A model generated the notes under the pieces. It searched no databases. It saw only the letters and a program-made list of their open reading frames with translations, and had not been told where the DNA came from. Shown piece by piece: positions 9,990 to 21,149 of a stretch of 64,000 nucleotides of DNA. How positions within the stretch are numbered: position 1 is the stretch's first letter; each line of letters begins with the position of its first letter. The position numbers were made by a program, and so were the translations under genes. This DNA comes from Gammaproteobacteria bacterium (GTDB lineage Bacteria; Pseudomonadota; Gammaproteobacteria; HyVt-429): assembly GCA_022340345.1 (NCBI GenBank), contig JAJDOE010000014.1, positions 152-64,151 on the forward strand, written 5' to 3'.

Positions 9990-10775
9990 TCAAGTCCCGC
10001 CGGGGCCCTCGCCCGGTCGTTTGCGCCGAGCGGTTTTTTCGCCACTCCGAACGGCCGCGCCGGAGCGTCCGGCCCGGCGCCGGACCAGCCAGGTTGCCGG
10101 CCCGGAGAGAGCATAGATTGCGAACAGCGCGAACAGAACGTGGGCGGGATCGAAGGACACCAGCACGATGCCGAACACGATAGCCAGGGTTGCCACGAAT
10201 GGAATCTTGTCCTTGAGGTCGATGTCCTTGAAACTGCGAAACGGCAGGTTACTGACCATCATGAGCGCCAGGTACACGGTCAGCAGCATCACCGGCAGTG
10301 CGAAATCGGCGCCCACCAGGCCGTATCCATCGATGACCCATACCAGCCCCGCGACCACCGCCGCTGCCGCCGGGCATGGCAGGCCCTGAAAAAAACTGCT
10401 GTCCGTGTGTTTCTGGGTATTAAAACGCGCGAGGCGCAGTCCCACCGCGGCGGCAAAAACGAAGGCCACCAGCCAACCGGCCTTGCCACGCCCCTGCAAG
10501 GCCCACTCGTACAGAACCAGCGCCGGGGTCATGCCAAAGGACACCATGTCCACCAGGCTGTCATATTGCAGACCAAAGTCCGAAGTCGTGCGCGTCAGGC
10601 GAGCCACCCGCCCGTCCAGACCATCCATCACCAGGGCGATGAAGATCGCCATGGCCGCTTCGTCGAAGTGGCCCGCCTGGGCGCGCACGATAGCGAAAAA
10701 GCCGGCAAACAGTCCGGCGGTGGTCAGCAGGTTGGGCAGGATGTAAATGCCCTTTACGGGTGTTTTTTCTTCCAT
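9990..10775 (-). CDS. pssA: CDP-diacylglycerol--serine O-phosphatidyltransferase (CDP-alcohol phosphatidyltransferase type)
   Basis: DGLDGRVAR…LVDMVSFG is the CDP-alcohol phosphatidyltransferase motif; 261 aa, multi-TM. Confidence 0.9.
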   Translation of the reverse strand: MEEKTPVKGIYILPNLLTTAGLFAGFFAIVRAQAGHFDEAAMAIFIALVMDGLDGRVARLTRTTSDFGLQYDSLVDMVSFGMTPALVLYEWALQGRGKAGWLVAFVFAAAVGLRLARFNTQKHTDSSFFQGLPCPAAAAVVAGLVWVIDGYGLVGADFALPVMLLTVYLALMMVSNLPFRSFKDIDLKDKIPFVATLAIVFGIVLVSFDPAHVLFALFAIYALSGPATWLVRRRAGRSGAAVRSGEKTARRKRPGEGPGGT

Positions 10776-10882
10776 GGTCTGTTCCAGAACGCCGATTTAC
10801 TCTACCGGAAAGCCGTCGATAACGCCGAATCCTGCCGCTACCGTGCCGCGCATCGGCATGCCATTCGGCTTTTGCCCTGCCC

Positions 10883-11530
10883 TTAACGCACCAGATAGCC
10901 CAGCAGGTCGCTGCCGGCACTCACTTTTTGTCCGGGTGCAACCGTGACCCGGGCATTCTCCGGCAGGTAGACGTCCACCCGCGAGCCGAAGCGGATGAAC
11001 CCAAATCGTTGCCCCTGTTCCAGGCGTTCCCCGGGCTGGCTGTAACAAAGGATCCGGCGTGCCACCAGGCCGGCAATCTGCACGCAGGTCACATCATCCC
11101 CCTCGTCGGTCCGGATCCACAACGCGTTGCGCTCATTTTTTTCCGAGGCCTTGTCGAGCGCCGCATTGAAAAAACGCCCCGGTGTGTACCAGCGCTCCCG
11201 GACGGTTCCTGCCACCGGGGAGCGGTTGGAATGAACGTTGAACACGTTCATGAATACGCTGATCTTCTGCGCGGGACGTTCCAGGAAGGGGTCCTGCGCC
11301 GGACCGGCGAACACAATGCGACCGTCCGCCGGGCTCACCACCCCCAACGGCTCGGAAGGAATCCGTCGGGCCGGGTCGCGAAAAAACTGCAGGACAAACA
11401 CCACCAGCAGCCACAGGGGAAGGGCCCATGCCAGGCCCGCCAGCCCCTGCACCACCAGCGCCGCCGCAATCGCCAGACCGACATGCCACCAGCCCTCTCG
11501 GGCGATCAGATGCGGGCTGTGACCGGACAT
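10883..11530 (-). CDS. psd: Phosphatidylserine decarboxylase-related protein (short Psd/Asd type)
   Basis: …[18 protein letters not shown]…[15 protein letters not shown] is the pyruvoyl-Psd C-terminal motif. It pairs with pssA as in pseudomonads. Confidence 0.8.
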   Translation of the reverse strand: MSGHSPHLIAREGWWHVGLAIAAALVVQGLAGLAWALPLWLLVVFVLQFFRDPARRIPSEPLGVVSPADGRIVFAGPAQDPFLERPAQKISVFMNVFNVHSNRSPVAGTVRERWYTPGRFFNAALDKASEKNERNALWIRTDEGDDVTCVQIAGLVARRILCYSQPGERLEQGQRFGFIRFGSRVDVYLPENARVTVAPGQKVSAGSDLLGYLVR

Positions 11531-11542
11531 TCGGGGAGCCGC

Positions 11543-12610
<1,068 letters not shown>

Positions 12611-12685
12611 TCAACATTCTGCAGGCGCCTTAGAACGCGTGAAGAACAGAGGAATCGGTAAACCACGTTTTCCGATTTCGTTGAG

Positions 12686-12709
12686 AAAAACGACACGAAT
12701 GTCGTTTTT
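12686..12709 (-). terminator. Rho-independent terminator downstream of ilvH
   Basis: AAAAACGACAcgaaTGTCGTTTTT has a 10-bp perfect stem and 4-nt loop with T/A runs on both sides; it lies 8 nt after the ilvH stop. Confidence 0.6.
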
Positions 12710-12716
12710 CGGTATT

Positions 12717-13208
12717 TCATATCCGCAGGCCTTTTTCACCGCGGGAGATTCCGGACACTCCGGAACGCACGGTCTCCAGGATGCTGGACCGCGGCAACGC
12801 GCCGAGAAAGGCCTCGAGCTTGTTGCCGGTTCCCGTCAGCTCCACCGTAAAAGCGGTCTCCGAAACGTCAATAATTCGGCCGCGAAAAATATCCGCCAGG
12901 CGCTTGATTTCTTCCCGCTGCTCGGCCACCGCGCGAACGCGAATCAGCATCATCTCCCGTTCGATGTGAGGTCCCTCGGTGAGGTCCACCAGCTTGATTA
13001 CGTCTACCAGCTTATTCAGCTGCTTGGTAATCTGCTCAATGATGCGCTCGGACCCGGTTGTCACCAGGGTCATACGCGAAACCGTATCGTCCTCGGTGGG
13101 AGCGACCGTCAGCGACTGGATGTTGTAGCCGCGCGCTGAAAACAGGCCCGCCACGCGGGAAAGCGCCCCGGCTTCATTTTCCAGCAAGATGGAGATAATC
13201 CGACGCAT
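12717..13208 (-). CDS. ilvH: Acetolactate synthase small (regulatory) subunit
   Basis: MRRIISILLENEAGALSRVAGLFSARGYNIQSLTVAPTED… is an ACT domain; 163 aa. Confidence 0.95.
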   Translation of the reverse strand: MRRIISILLENEAGALSRVAGLFSARGYNIQSLTVAPTEDDTVSRMTLVTTGSERIIEQITKQLNKLVDVIKLVDLTEGPHIEREMMLIRVRAVAEQREEIKRLADIFRGRIIDVSETAFTVELTGTGNKLEAFLGALPRSSILETVRSGVSGISRGEKGLRI

Positions 13209-14944
13209 CAGGCCAGCTCGCGCTCGTCGATTTCGCTGGGCTCGTCGCTGGGCTTGAGAATGATCTCGTTCTGTCCCTTGCCCGCCGCGATCATGGGATA
13301 CACATTTTCCGTCTGGTCGGTGATGAAATCCAGAAACACCAGATCATCCTTCCGGGCAAGCGCATCGCGCAGAGCCCCTTCCACATCCGCCGGCGAGTCC
13401 ACGCGAACTCCCGAGTGCCCGTAACTTTCGGCCAGCTTGATAAAATCCGGCAGCGCGTCCATGTAGGAATGCGAATAGCGGCGATCGTAGAAGAACTCCT
13501 GCCATTGGCGCACCATGCCCATATAGCGGTTGTTCAGGTTCACGATCTTGATGGGAAGATCATATTGCTTACAGGTGGACAACTCCTGGATGCACATCTG
13601 GATGCTGGCTTCACCCGTGACGCACACCACCTGGTCGTCCGGAAAGGCGAATTTGACGCCCATGGCGGCAGGCAGGCCAAATCCCATGGTGCCGAGGCCG
13701 CCGGAATTGATCCAGCGCCGCGGCTTGCGAAACTTGTAGTGCTGCGCTGCCCACATCTGGTGCTGACCCACGTCCGACGTGATATAGGCATCGCCGCCGG
13801 TCAGCTCGTACAGCTTCTCGATCACATACTGCGGCTTGATGACCGTGTCAGAGTGGTTATAGGCCAGCGAATTCTTGCCCCGCCATTCCGCGATTCGCTG
13901 CCACCAGGCCGCCAGCGCCTCCTTGTCCGGCTCTCGGCCCGAATCCCGCAGGGCCTCGGCCATTTCCGCCAGCACCAGGTCCGCGCTGCCGACGATGGGA
14001 ATCTCCACCGGCACGTTCTTGCTGATCGATGAGGGGTCCACGTCCACGTGGATAATGCGCGCGTGGGGCGAGAACTTGTTGAGGTCACCCGTGACCCGGT
14101 CGTCAAAACGCGCGCCCACCGCCAACATGACATCACATTCGTGCATGGCCAGGTTGGCTTCGTAGGTCCCGTGCATGCCCAGCATGCCCAGAAACAGCGG
14201 GTCATCACCCGGGAAGGCTCCCAGGCCCATCAGGGTGTTGGTGCAGGGAAACCCCAGCTGGCGAACCAGATCCGTCAATATCCCGGACGCCTCCGCCAGG
14301 ATCACGCCACCACCGGTATAGACAATCGGCCGGCGCGCCGAAAGCAGCAGTTCGACCGCCTTCTTGATTTGCACCTGGTGGCCCCGGGTGACCGGGGCAT
14401 AGGAGCGCATGCTCACGCTTTCGGGATAGTCATAGGCGCAGCGATGGGCGGTAATGTCCTTGGGAATATCCACCAGCACCGGCCCGGGACGACCCGTGGT
14501 GGCGATATAGAAGGCCTTCTTTACTGTGCTGGCGAGCTCGCGCACGTCCTTGACCAGGAAGTTGTGTTTCACACAGGGCCGCGAGATACCCACCGCGTCC
14601 ACTTCCTGGAATGCATCGTCGCCGATCAGCATGGACGGCACCTGGCCGGTGAAAACCACCAGCGGGATCGAGTCCATATAGGCGGTGGCGATGCCGGTGA
14701 TGGTATTGGTCGCCCCGGGGCCGGAAGTCACCAGCACGCAGCCGGGTCGGCCCGTGGCCCGCGCATAGCCGTCCGCCGCGTGGGTAGCGCCCTGCTCATG
14801 TCGCACCAGGATGTGCTTGACGGCATCCTGGCGGTAAATGGCGTCGTAGATGTGCAATGCGGCGCCGCCGGGATAGCCGAAGATAAATTCGACTCCCTCG
14901 TCAGCGAGGCATTTCACGAAGATTTCGGCGCCGGTTAACTCCAT
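13208..14944 (-). CDS. ilvI: Acetolactate synthase large subunit (biosynthetic type)
   Basis: MELTGAEIFVKCLADEGVEFIFGYPGGA… with a TPP-binding GDG…N motif. Start at MELTG (14944) rather than the upstream Met at 15010. Confidence 0.95.
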   Translation of the reverse strand: MELTGAEIFVKCLADEGVEFIFGYPGGAALHIYDAIYRQDAVKHILVRHEQGATHAADGYARATGRPGCVLVTSGPGATNTITGIATAYMDSIPLVVFTGQVPSMLIGDDAFQEVDAVGISRPCVKHNFLVKDVRELASTVKKAFYIATTGRPGPVLVDIPKDITAHRCAYDYPESVSMRSYAPVTRGHQVQIKKAVELLLSARRPIVYTGGGVILAEASGILTDLVRQLGFPCTNTLMGLGAFPGDDPLFLGMLGMHGTYEANLAMHECDVMLAVGARFDDRVTGDLNKFSPHARIIHVDVDPSSISKNVPVEIPIVGSADLVLAEMAEALRDSGREPDKEALAAWWQRIAEWRGKNSLAYNHSDTVIKPQYVIEKLYELTGGDAYITSDVGQHQMWAAQHYKFRKPRRWINSGGLGTMGFGLPAAMGVKFAFPDDQVVCVTGEASIQMCIQELSTCKQYDLPIKIVNLNNRYMGMVRQWQEFFYDRRYSHSYMDALPDFIKLAESYGHSGVRVDSPADVEGALRDALARKDDLVFLDFITDQTENVYPMIAAGKGQNEIILKPSDEPSEIDERELA

Positions 14945-14972
14945 TTTGCTGTCTGCTCGCTGGTATGTCAGG

Positions 14973-15002
14973 CACAAAAAACGCCCGCAGCCCGGGCGTT
15001 TC
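14973..15002 (-). terminator. Rho-independent terminator after cysS, immediately upstream of ilvI
   Basis: On the minus strand AAACGCCCGGgctgCGGGCGTTT is followed by TTTTTGTG. It lies 94 nt after the cysS stop and about 30 nt before the ilvI ATG. Confidence 0.6.
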
Positions 15003-15095
15003 TTCTGCAAGTCGCTTGCGGAAGTGCGGAGCGGGAAGGTAACGGATCAGCGGGCAAGCGGTCAACCGCCCACTTGGGGGGGAATCCGGGGCGCT

Positions 15096-16490
15096 TCAGG
15101 TACGCCGCCAGCTGGTGCCCGCGGCGCCGTCCTCGAGAATGACCCCCTTGCTGGCAAGGGCATCGCGAATACCATCGGCACGCGCCCAGTCCCGGTCCGC
15201 GCGGGCCTGCTCGCGCTCCGCCAGTTGGGCCGCAATCTCCGCATCGCTGAGGCCGCCGACACCGCCGCCGGTGCCCCGGAGAAAGTCCTCCGCGGGTCGT
15301 TGCAGCAGCGCCAGCGGTTCCGCCAGGGTGCGGAGCGTATATCCCAAATCCGCCAGCGGCTCCGGACCTCCATCGCGGGCACGATTGATCTCGTGGCGCA
15401 GGTCGGCGAGCACCGCCATCGCCTCCGCGGTATTGAAATCATCGTCCATTGCCGCTCGAAAACGCTCCTGCCAGTGCTCCAGCAGGCGCCCACCGGCGGG
15501 AATATCCTGCAGCGCCAGGTAGTACGCCTGCAGCCCGTTGCGTGCCTGTTCCAGGGAACTGTCGGTGTAATTCAACGGGCTGCGATAGTGGCTGCTCAGT
15601 ACGAAGAAGCGGATCACCTCGGCATCGTAGTGCTGCAGCAGGTCGCGCACCGTGAAAAAGTTGCCCAGCGACTTGGACATCTTTTCCTCGTCCACGCGCA
15701 CGAATCCATTGTGCATCCACACGTCAACGAAACGGGCGCCGGTGGCGGACTCGGATTGGGCGATCTCGTTCTCGTGGTGGGGAAAACGAAGATCCTGACC
15801 ACCGCCGTGGATGTCGAAGCTGTCTCCCAGGCAGTGGGTGGACATGGCGGAACACTCGATGTGCCAGCCGGGCCGCCCGGGTCCCCAGGGAGAATCCCAG
15901 CTCGGCTCACCCGGTTTGACGGCCTTCCACAAGGCAAAATCCAGTGGATCTTCCTTCTCCTCGCCGGGGTCCACGTCTGCCGCCGCGTCCGGCGCGGACA
16001 ACATTTCGTCCGGCGTACGTCCGGACAGCTGGCCGTAGGCAGCGAAACCACGCACCCGGAAGTACACGTCCCCGTTTCCAGCCAGGTAGGCGGAGCCGTT
16101 TTCCACCAGGCGCCCGATCATCCCCAGAATCTGCGGCATGTGCACCGTGGCCCGCGGCTCCAGGTCCGGGCGGGCGATGCCCAGGGCATCCTCGTCCTCG
16201 TGCATGGCATCGATAAAGCGCTGCGTCAGCGCCTCCACCGGTTCGCCATTCTGGTTGGCCCGGGCAATAATCTTGTCGTCCACATCGGTAATATTGCGCA
16301 CGTAGGTAAGCTGGTACCCCCGGGAGCGCAGGTAGCGAGCCACCAGGTCGAACACGATCAGCATGCGGGCATGGCCCAGATGAATGTAGTCGTAGACCGT
16401 GATTCCGCAGACGTACATGCGCACCGGACCACTATCCGGGGCGCGGAAGGCTTGCTTGCGGCGGGAAAGGCTGTTGTAGATCTCGAGCAT
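15096..16490 (-). CDS. cysS: Cysteine--tRNA ligase
   Basis: [15 protein letters not shown]…[17 protein letters not shown] (HIGH) …KMSKSLGN (KMSKS). Start at MLEIY (16490); the upstream part of the 658-aa track ORF is read-through. Confidence 0.95.
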   Translation of the reverse strand: MLEIYNSLSRRKQAFRAPDSGPVRMYVCGITVYDYIHLGHARMLIVFDLVARYLRSRGYQLTYVRNITDVDDKIIARANQNGEPVEALTQRFIDAMHEDEDALGIARPDLEPRATVHMPQILGMIGRLVENGSAYLAGNGDVYFRVRGFAAYGQLSGRTPDEMLSAPDAAADVDPGEEKEDPLDFALWKAVKPGEPSWDSPWGPGRPGWHIECSAMSTHCLGDSFDIHGGGQDLRFPHHENEIAQSESATGARFVDVWMHNGFVRVDEEKMSKSLGNFFTVRDLLQHYDAEVIRFFVLSSHYRSPLNYTDSSLEQARNGLQAYYLALQDIPAGGRLLEHWQERFRAAMDDDFNTAEAMAVLADLRHEINRARDGGPEPLADLGYTLRTLAEPLALLQRPAEDFLRGTGGGVGGLSDAEIAAQLAEREQARADRDWARADGIRDALASKGVILEDGAAGTSWRRT

Positions 16491-16616
16491 GGGCACGGTG
16501 TTCGGCGGCGCGGAAATATAACATGCCGGCGCCCGGTGTTCCGCGGCCGCCCGCCGGTGGTCGGGCCGCCGGCGCGAGGACACGGCACCGGCCCCGCCGG
16601 CTGCTAGAATCCACGA

Positions 16617-17126
16617 ATGGACGAAAAGCGGGTCGTAATCCACACCTCCCTGGGGCCGATAACCCTGGAGTTGTATCCCCAGCATGCTCCACGCACGGTG
16701 GCCAATTTCCTGGCCTACGTGCGTGACCATTTCTATGACAATACGGTTTTTCACCGTGTCGTCGATGGCTTCATCATCCAGGGTGGCGGATTTCAACCCG
16801 GCATGGTGCAGAAGAATACCCGTCCACCGATACGCAACGAAGCCGAGAACGGCCTGCGAAACGAAAGCGGGACCATCGCCATGGCGCGGCTTCCGGAGGA
16901 TCCTCACTCGGCCACCGCCCAGTTCTTCTTCAACACCGTTGACAACGGCGGCCTCAACCACCGCGATGCCACCGACGAAGGCTGGGGATACTGCGTCTTC
17001 GGACGCATCGTCAGTGGAACCGAAATTCTCGAGCGAATCGAGGGCATACCCACGATCTCCCGCGGACCGCACCAGAACGTGCCCCTGAAGGACGTGCTGA
17101 TCCAGTTGGTGGAGGAGTTAAACTGA
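16617..17126 (+). CDS. ppiB: Peptidyl-prolyl cis-trans isomerase B (cyclophilin type)
   Basis: …[15 protein letters not shown]… is the cyclophilin signature; cysS-ppiB-lpxH synteny as in E. coli. Confidence 0.93.
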   Translation: MDEKRVVIHTSLGPITLELYPQHAPRTVANFLAYVRDHFYDNTVFHRVVDGFIIQGGGFQPGMVQKNTRPPIRNEAENGLRNESGTIAMARLPEDPHSATAQFFFNTVDNGGLNHRDATDEGWGYCVFGRIVSGTEILERIEGIPTISRGPHQNVPLKDVLIQLVEELN

Positions 17127-17133
17127 CAGGCTG

Positions 17134-17859
17134 GTGAGCCGCACCCTGTTTATCTCTGACCTGCACCTGTGCGCGCAGCGCCCGCTGGTAACCCGCGGCC
17201 TGCTACGCCGGCTGGACCAGTGGGCCGGCGATGTCGCAGCCTTGTACATCCTCGGCGACCTGTTCGAACACTGGGTCGGAGATGATGTGTGGCGGGAACC
17301 CGGCACCCAGGAAATCGTCGCCGCCCTGCATACCTTCAGCCAGCAGACCCCGCTGTTTGTAATGCACGGCAACCGTGACTTCCTTCTCGGTGCGGAGTTC
17401 GCCAACGCCAGCGGCGGGCAACTGATCCCGGAAGGCACGGTGATCCACCTGGGCGGCGAGCCCGTGCTGCTGCTGCATGGCGATGACCTGTGCAGCGACG
17501 ATACCGACCATCAGCATTGGCGCACCCAGGTGCGCAGCGCCGACTGGCAACATGCGTTTCTTAGCAAATCACTGCCCGAACGCCTGGCCATCGCCGGTGA
17601 ATTGCGGCGCCGCAGCGAGGCCGGGAAAAAGACCAAGTCGGCGCAAATCATGGACGTCAACCCGGACGCCGTGCGCGCGGCTATGCGCGGTGCCGGTGTA
17701 CGCACGCTGATTCACGGCCACACCCACCGGCCCGCCCGGCACGCGCTGGAACTGGACGGAAGGTCGGCCGAGCGCATCGTGCTTGGCGACTGGGACGCGC
17801 AGGGGTGGGTGCTGGAATGGCGGGACGGGGAGTTTGATCTGCGGGCGTGTGAGATTTAG
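17134..17859 (+). CDS. lpxH: UDP-2,3-diacylglucosamine diphosphatase
   Basis: GTG start. LFISDLHLC…ALYILGDLFEHWVGDD…MHGNRDFLLG…IHGHTHRP are the calcineurin-like LpxH motifs. Confidence 0.92.
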   Translation: MSRTLFISDLHLCAQRPLVTRGLLRRLDQWAGDVAALYILGDLFEHWVGDDVWREPGTQEIVAALHTFSQQTPLFVMHGNRDFLLGAEFANASGGQLIPEGTVIHLGGEPVLLLHGDDLCSDDTDHQHWRTQVRSADWQHAFLSKSLPERLAIAGELRRRSEAGKKTKSAQIMDVNPDAVRAAMRGAGVRTLIHGHTHRPARHALELDGRSAERIVLGDWDAQGWVLEWRDGEFDLRACEI

Positions 17860-17866
17860 AAATGGT

Positions 17867-18008
17867 GTCATCCCGAGGAGCCCGAAGGGCGACGAGGGAT
17901 CTTCAGCAATCCTGCGTACGCACACCGCGTAATCCGGGGGAGATCCCTCACTCCGCTCGGGATGACGGGAGACTAGGCGGATGTCGGGCTCCCGCCTGAC
18001 ATCCGCCT
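17867..18008. repeat. Nested imperfect palindromes (REP-like) between convergent lpxH and a hypothetical gene
   Basis: GTCATCCCGAG…CTCGGGATGAC (17867-17877 with 17956-17966) encloses GAGGGATC…GATCCCTC (17894-17901 with 17942-17949). This is followed by AGGCGGATGTC-12 nt-GACATCCGCCT (17975-18008), which overlaps the stop of the 18007..18717 gene. Confidence 0.6.
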
Positions 18009-18717
18009 AATCTCCGGTCATCTGCTCCCGGCTGAAACGCTGGAATTGGGCCGGCAGCGCAAACAGCGCCGGGGACACTTCGATTCCTTCCTCGAATTCA
18101 CGCAGCACCCGCACACGTCCACTGAGGTCGTCCCGGCGCAGGGGAAAGCCCGCCGCCAGGTACCAGTCCGGCCGGAATACGTTGTGCTCCAGATCGCAGG
18201 CCTGCTGAAACTCCGGTGGTGTGTCCGCCGCGATCGCCGCCTGTTCGCCGGCCAGGACGCGATGAAACTCCACCAGGGCATCCCGCAAAGCCAGCAGCGG
18301 TCCCTCGGCAACCGAATCCACACGCCAGCAAACCTTGTCATTGGTGATATAGGCATGGGCCTGCACCGGGTATTCACGCCAGTGCGCGGGTTGCGGGTCA
18401 CGCAGCTCTTCACGGTGGCTGGCGAGGGCCATCGGTGGCTCCAGCTTCACCGGCTGGTTGCGTATCACCAGGATGGCGCGGTTAAAGGCGCTGACGTTGT
18501 AGATCACCTTCGCCTTGCGATCGAACAGCAGAAACTCGTTGTCGTCCTGACCCGAGTCCACGCGCAAAAAGGCGTCCGTAACGATCATCCGCGTCGGAAA
18601 GGGCTCGAGCCCGGGCTCCGTCTCATCGAAGACTACCTTCAGCCCCCGCTGCGGGCCGTCCGCCGCGTATCCCGCGCCGGCCAGCACCAGGCAGATCAAC
18701 AGCGCCCATCGGCTCAT
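18007..18717 (-). CDS. Hypothetical secreted protein (signal peptide; no recognisable domain)
   Basis: MSRWALLICLVLAGAGYAADGP… is a cleavable signal peptide. Composition is coding-like and the ORF overlaps the start of glycerate kinase by 4 nt (operon partner). Confidence 0.5.
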   Translation of the reverse strand: MSRWALLICLVLAGAGYAADGPQRGLKVVFDETEPGLEPFPTRMIVTDAFLRVDSGQDDNEFLLFDRKAKVIYNVSAFNRAILVIRNQPVKLEPPMALASHREELRDPQPAHWREYPVQAHAYITNDKVCWRVDSVAEGPLLALRDALVEFHRVLAGEQAAIAADTPPEFQQACDLEHNVFRPDWYLAAGFPLRRDDLSGRVRVLREFEEGIEVSPALFALPAQFQRFSREQMTGD

Positions 18718-19946
18718 ACGCGTATCCCCAGGTACAGGTCCATCACGTTGGTTCCGGTCGGCCCGGTGCGCAGCAGGTCACCGCTGGCTTCCAGTGCCGG
18801 TCCGCTGTTGGCCGCCGACAGCGCCGGCCGCGGACTGTGCTTGGCGCGGTTCACGCGGGAAACCGTCTCGTTGTCCACCAGCGCCCCGGCGTCCTCGCCC
18901 GGCCCGTCCGTGCCGTCGGTACCCGCCGCCAGCAGGCACATGGGCATTCCCTTGCGTACCATATGCAGGGCCGCGGCCAGGGCCAGGTGCTGGCATCGGC
19001 CGCCACGACCCGGCGATTCGGGCAACTGTACGCTGACCTCGCCACCCCAGACCTGAAGCGATCCCACGGCGCTTTGTGCCAGCCAATCCACCAGCCGCTC
19101 GCCGGTATGGATCGCATCGCCAGTCAGCAGCCCGCGGTGCAGGGTGGCTTCGCCGCCCCGCGCGTGCATACCCGCCACCACCGCCGCGCGGGCGTCCGCG
19201 TTGCTGCCCACGATCGCCAGGCGAACATGGTCGAGGGGCATGCCGGGAAACGGCTCGGCCGCCTGGAACACCGCTTCCAGGTGTTCCGGGAGCGGCACGA
19301 ATTCCTCGATTGGATGCACCGGCCCCAGGGGCCCGGAGCCGATAATCGCCGGATCATCCCCGGGAACATCCGAAAGGCACAGCCCCAGCACCGATCGTGG
19401 CGCCAGGCGGGCCGCCAGGCGACCGCCCTTGATGCGTGACAGGCGCCGGCGCAGGACGTTCATCTCGTGAATGCCGGCTCCGCTGGCCAGCAACCACTGG
19501 TTGAGATCCGCAAGGTGCTCCAGGCTGACGCCATCCGGCAGCGACTCCACCAGGGCGGATGCGCCGCCGGAGATCAGCACCAGTACCTGGGCATCCGCGG
19601 GCAGCTGATCGCACCAGCGCAACACGCGTTCGCCGGCCACCAGGCTGGCGGCATCCGGTACCGGGTGCCCGGCTTCCAGTACCGGCCAGGGCAGGTCGCC
19701 CGCCCCGTGGCCATGCTTGGTGATCACCAGGCCGTCGCGAATACGCGGACCCAGCACCTCCCGCGCGCCACCGGCCATGGCACAGGCCGCCTTGCCCATG
19801 GCCAGCAGATACACGTCACCGGCAAGGGAAGAACCGGAGTCGGCGAGCGCCCGCGCCACGCAACGGTGCCCGTCTACCGCAGCCAGGGCCTCCCGGTACA
19901 GGTCCGACAACAGCGCGCGCGCCCGGGCCAGGTCCATGGATTCCAT
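18714..19946 (-). CDS. Glycerate 2-kinase (MOFRL family; hydroxypyruvate reductase/glycerate kinase-like)
   Basis: …VYLLAMGKAACAMA…VLISGGASALVE…LLAAGTDGTDGP… are MOFRL/GckA family motifs. Confidence 0.8.
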   Translation of the reverse strand: MESMDLARARALLSDLYREALAAVDGHRCVARALADSGSSLAGDVYLLAMGKAACAMAGGAREVLGPRIRDGLVITKHGHGAGDLPWPVLEAGHPVPDAASLVAGERVLRWCDQLPADAQVLVLISGGASALVESLPDGVSLEHLADLNQWLLASGAGIHEMNVLRRRLSRIKGGRLAARLAPRSVLGLCLSDVPGDDPAIIGSGPLGPVHPIEEFVPLPEHLEAVFQAAEPFPGMPLDHVRLAIVGSNADARAAVVAGMHARGGEATLHRGLLTGDAIHTGERLVDWLAQSAVGSLQVWGGEVSVQLPESPGRGGRCQHLALAAALHMVRKGMPMCLLAAGTDGTDGPGEDAGALVDNETVSRVNRAKHSPRPALSAANSGPALEASGDLLRTGPTGTNVMDLYLGIRV

Positions 19947-19949
19947 GAA

Positions 19950-21146
19950 TCAGCCGGCGGCGGCGAAACCCAGATCCAGGTCGGCCTGCAGGTCGCCGAG
20001 ATCCTCCAGCCCCACGGCCACGCGCAGCAGCCCTTCTCCAATGCCCACCTGCTGGCGTTGCTCGGGTGTCAGCCGGCCGTGGGTGGTGGTGGCCGGATGG
20101 GTCAGGGTCGAACGGGTGTCCCCCAGGTTCGCTGTCACGGAGACCAGTTCGGTGGCATCGATAAATCGGAACGCGGCCTCGCGCCCGCCGTTGATCTCGA
20201 AACTGAGCACCGCGCCACCGGCGCATTGCTGGCGCTGCACCAGTTCCCGTTGCGGGTGGTCCGCCAGGCCCGGATAGTAGACGCGCCCCACATCGGCCCG
20301 TTCGCTTAGCCATTGCGCCAGCGCTCCCGCCGCTTCACTCTGGGCCTGCATGCGCAGCCCCAGGGTTTCCAGGCCCTTGAGAAACACCCAGGCGTTGAAA
20401 GGGCTCATGGCCGGACCCGCGGTACGCAGGAATCCATACACCTTGCTGACTACCGCCTCCGAACCCACAACCGCGCCCCCCACGCATCGGCCCTGACCAT
20501 CCAGAAACTTGGTTGCCGAATGCACAACGACGTCTGCTCCCAGCCGGAGAGGCTGTTGCAGCGCCGGCGTGCACAAAACATTGTCCACTGCCAGCAACGC
20601 ATCTCCGGCATGGGCGATCTCCGCCAACCGGGCAATATCCGCCACTTCCATCAGCGGATTGGACGGCGTCTCCACGAACAACAGGCGCGTATTAGGCCGT
20701 ATACCCTGCCTCCACGCATCGAGATCGCCAGGTGCAACGAAGTCCGTGGTGACACCGAATCGTCCCAGAATATTTTCGAACAACAGCACCGTGGATCCGA
20801 ACAGGCTGCGCGAGGCGAGCACATGGTCACCTGCCTTCAGACAACTCATCGCCAGGGAAAGTATGGCCGACATGCCGGACGCCGTGGCCACGCAACGCTC
20901 TCCCTCCTCCAGCGCAGCCAGGCGTTCCTCGAAGGCGCGAACCGTAGGGTTCGTGAAACGCGAATAGACGTTACCAGGCGAATCACCGGAAAACCGCGCA
21001 GCCGCTTCCGCCGCGCTGTCGAATACGTAGCTGGAAGTGGTAAAGATCGCCTCGGAATGCTCACCTTCGTGCGTGCGCCGCTGACCGGCCCGCACCGCTC
21101 GCGTAGCAAAGCCAAAACGGCTCCAGTTGTCGCTTTTCGAAGCCAC
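19950..21146 (-). CDS. metZ: O-succinylhomoserine sulfhydrylase (PLP-dependent Cys/Met metabolism enzyme)
   Basis: …NPTVRAFEERLAALEEGE…VHSATKFLDGQG… (PLP lysine motif). purF-metZ adjacency as in Pseudomonas. Confidence 0.9.
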   Translation of the reverse strand: MASKSDNWSRFGFATRAVRAGQRRTHEGEHSEAIFTTSSYVFDSAAEAAARFSGDSPGNVYSRFTNPTVRAFEERLAALEEGERCVATASGMSAILSLAMSCLKAGDHVLASRSLFGSTVLLFENILGRFGVTTDFVAPGDLDAWRQGIRPNTRLLFVETPSNPLMEVADIARLAEIAHAGDALLAVDNVLCTPALQQPLRLGADVVVHSATKFLDGQGRCVGGAVVGSEAVVSKVYGFLRTAGPAMSPFNAWVFLKGLETLGLRMQAQSEAAGALAQWLSERADVGRVYYPGLADHPQRELVQRQQCAGGAVLSFEINGGREAAFRFIDATELVSVTANLGDTRSTLTHPATTTHGRLTPEQRQQVGIGEGLLRVAVGLEDLGDLQADLDLGFAAAG

Positions 21147-21149
21147 GGG

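Noticed and set aside
14946-16607. 553-aa plus-strand ORF
   Set aside because: Antisense to cysS/ilvI junction; artefact.
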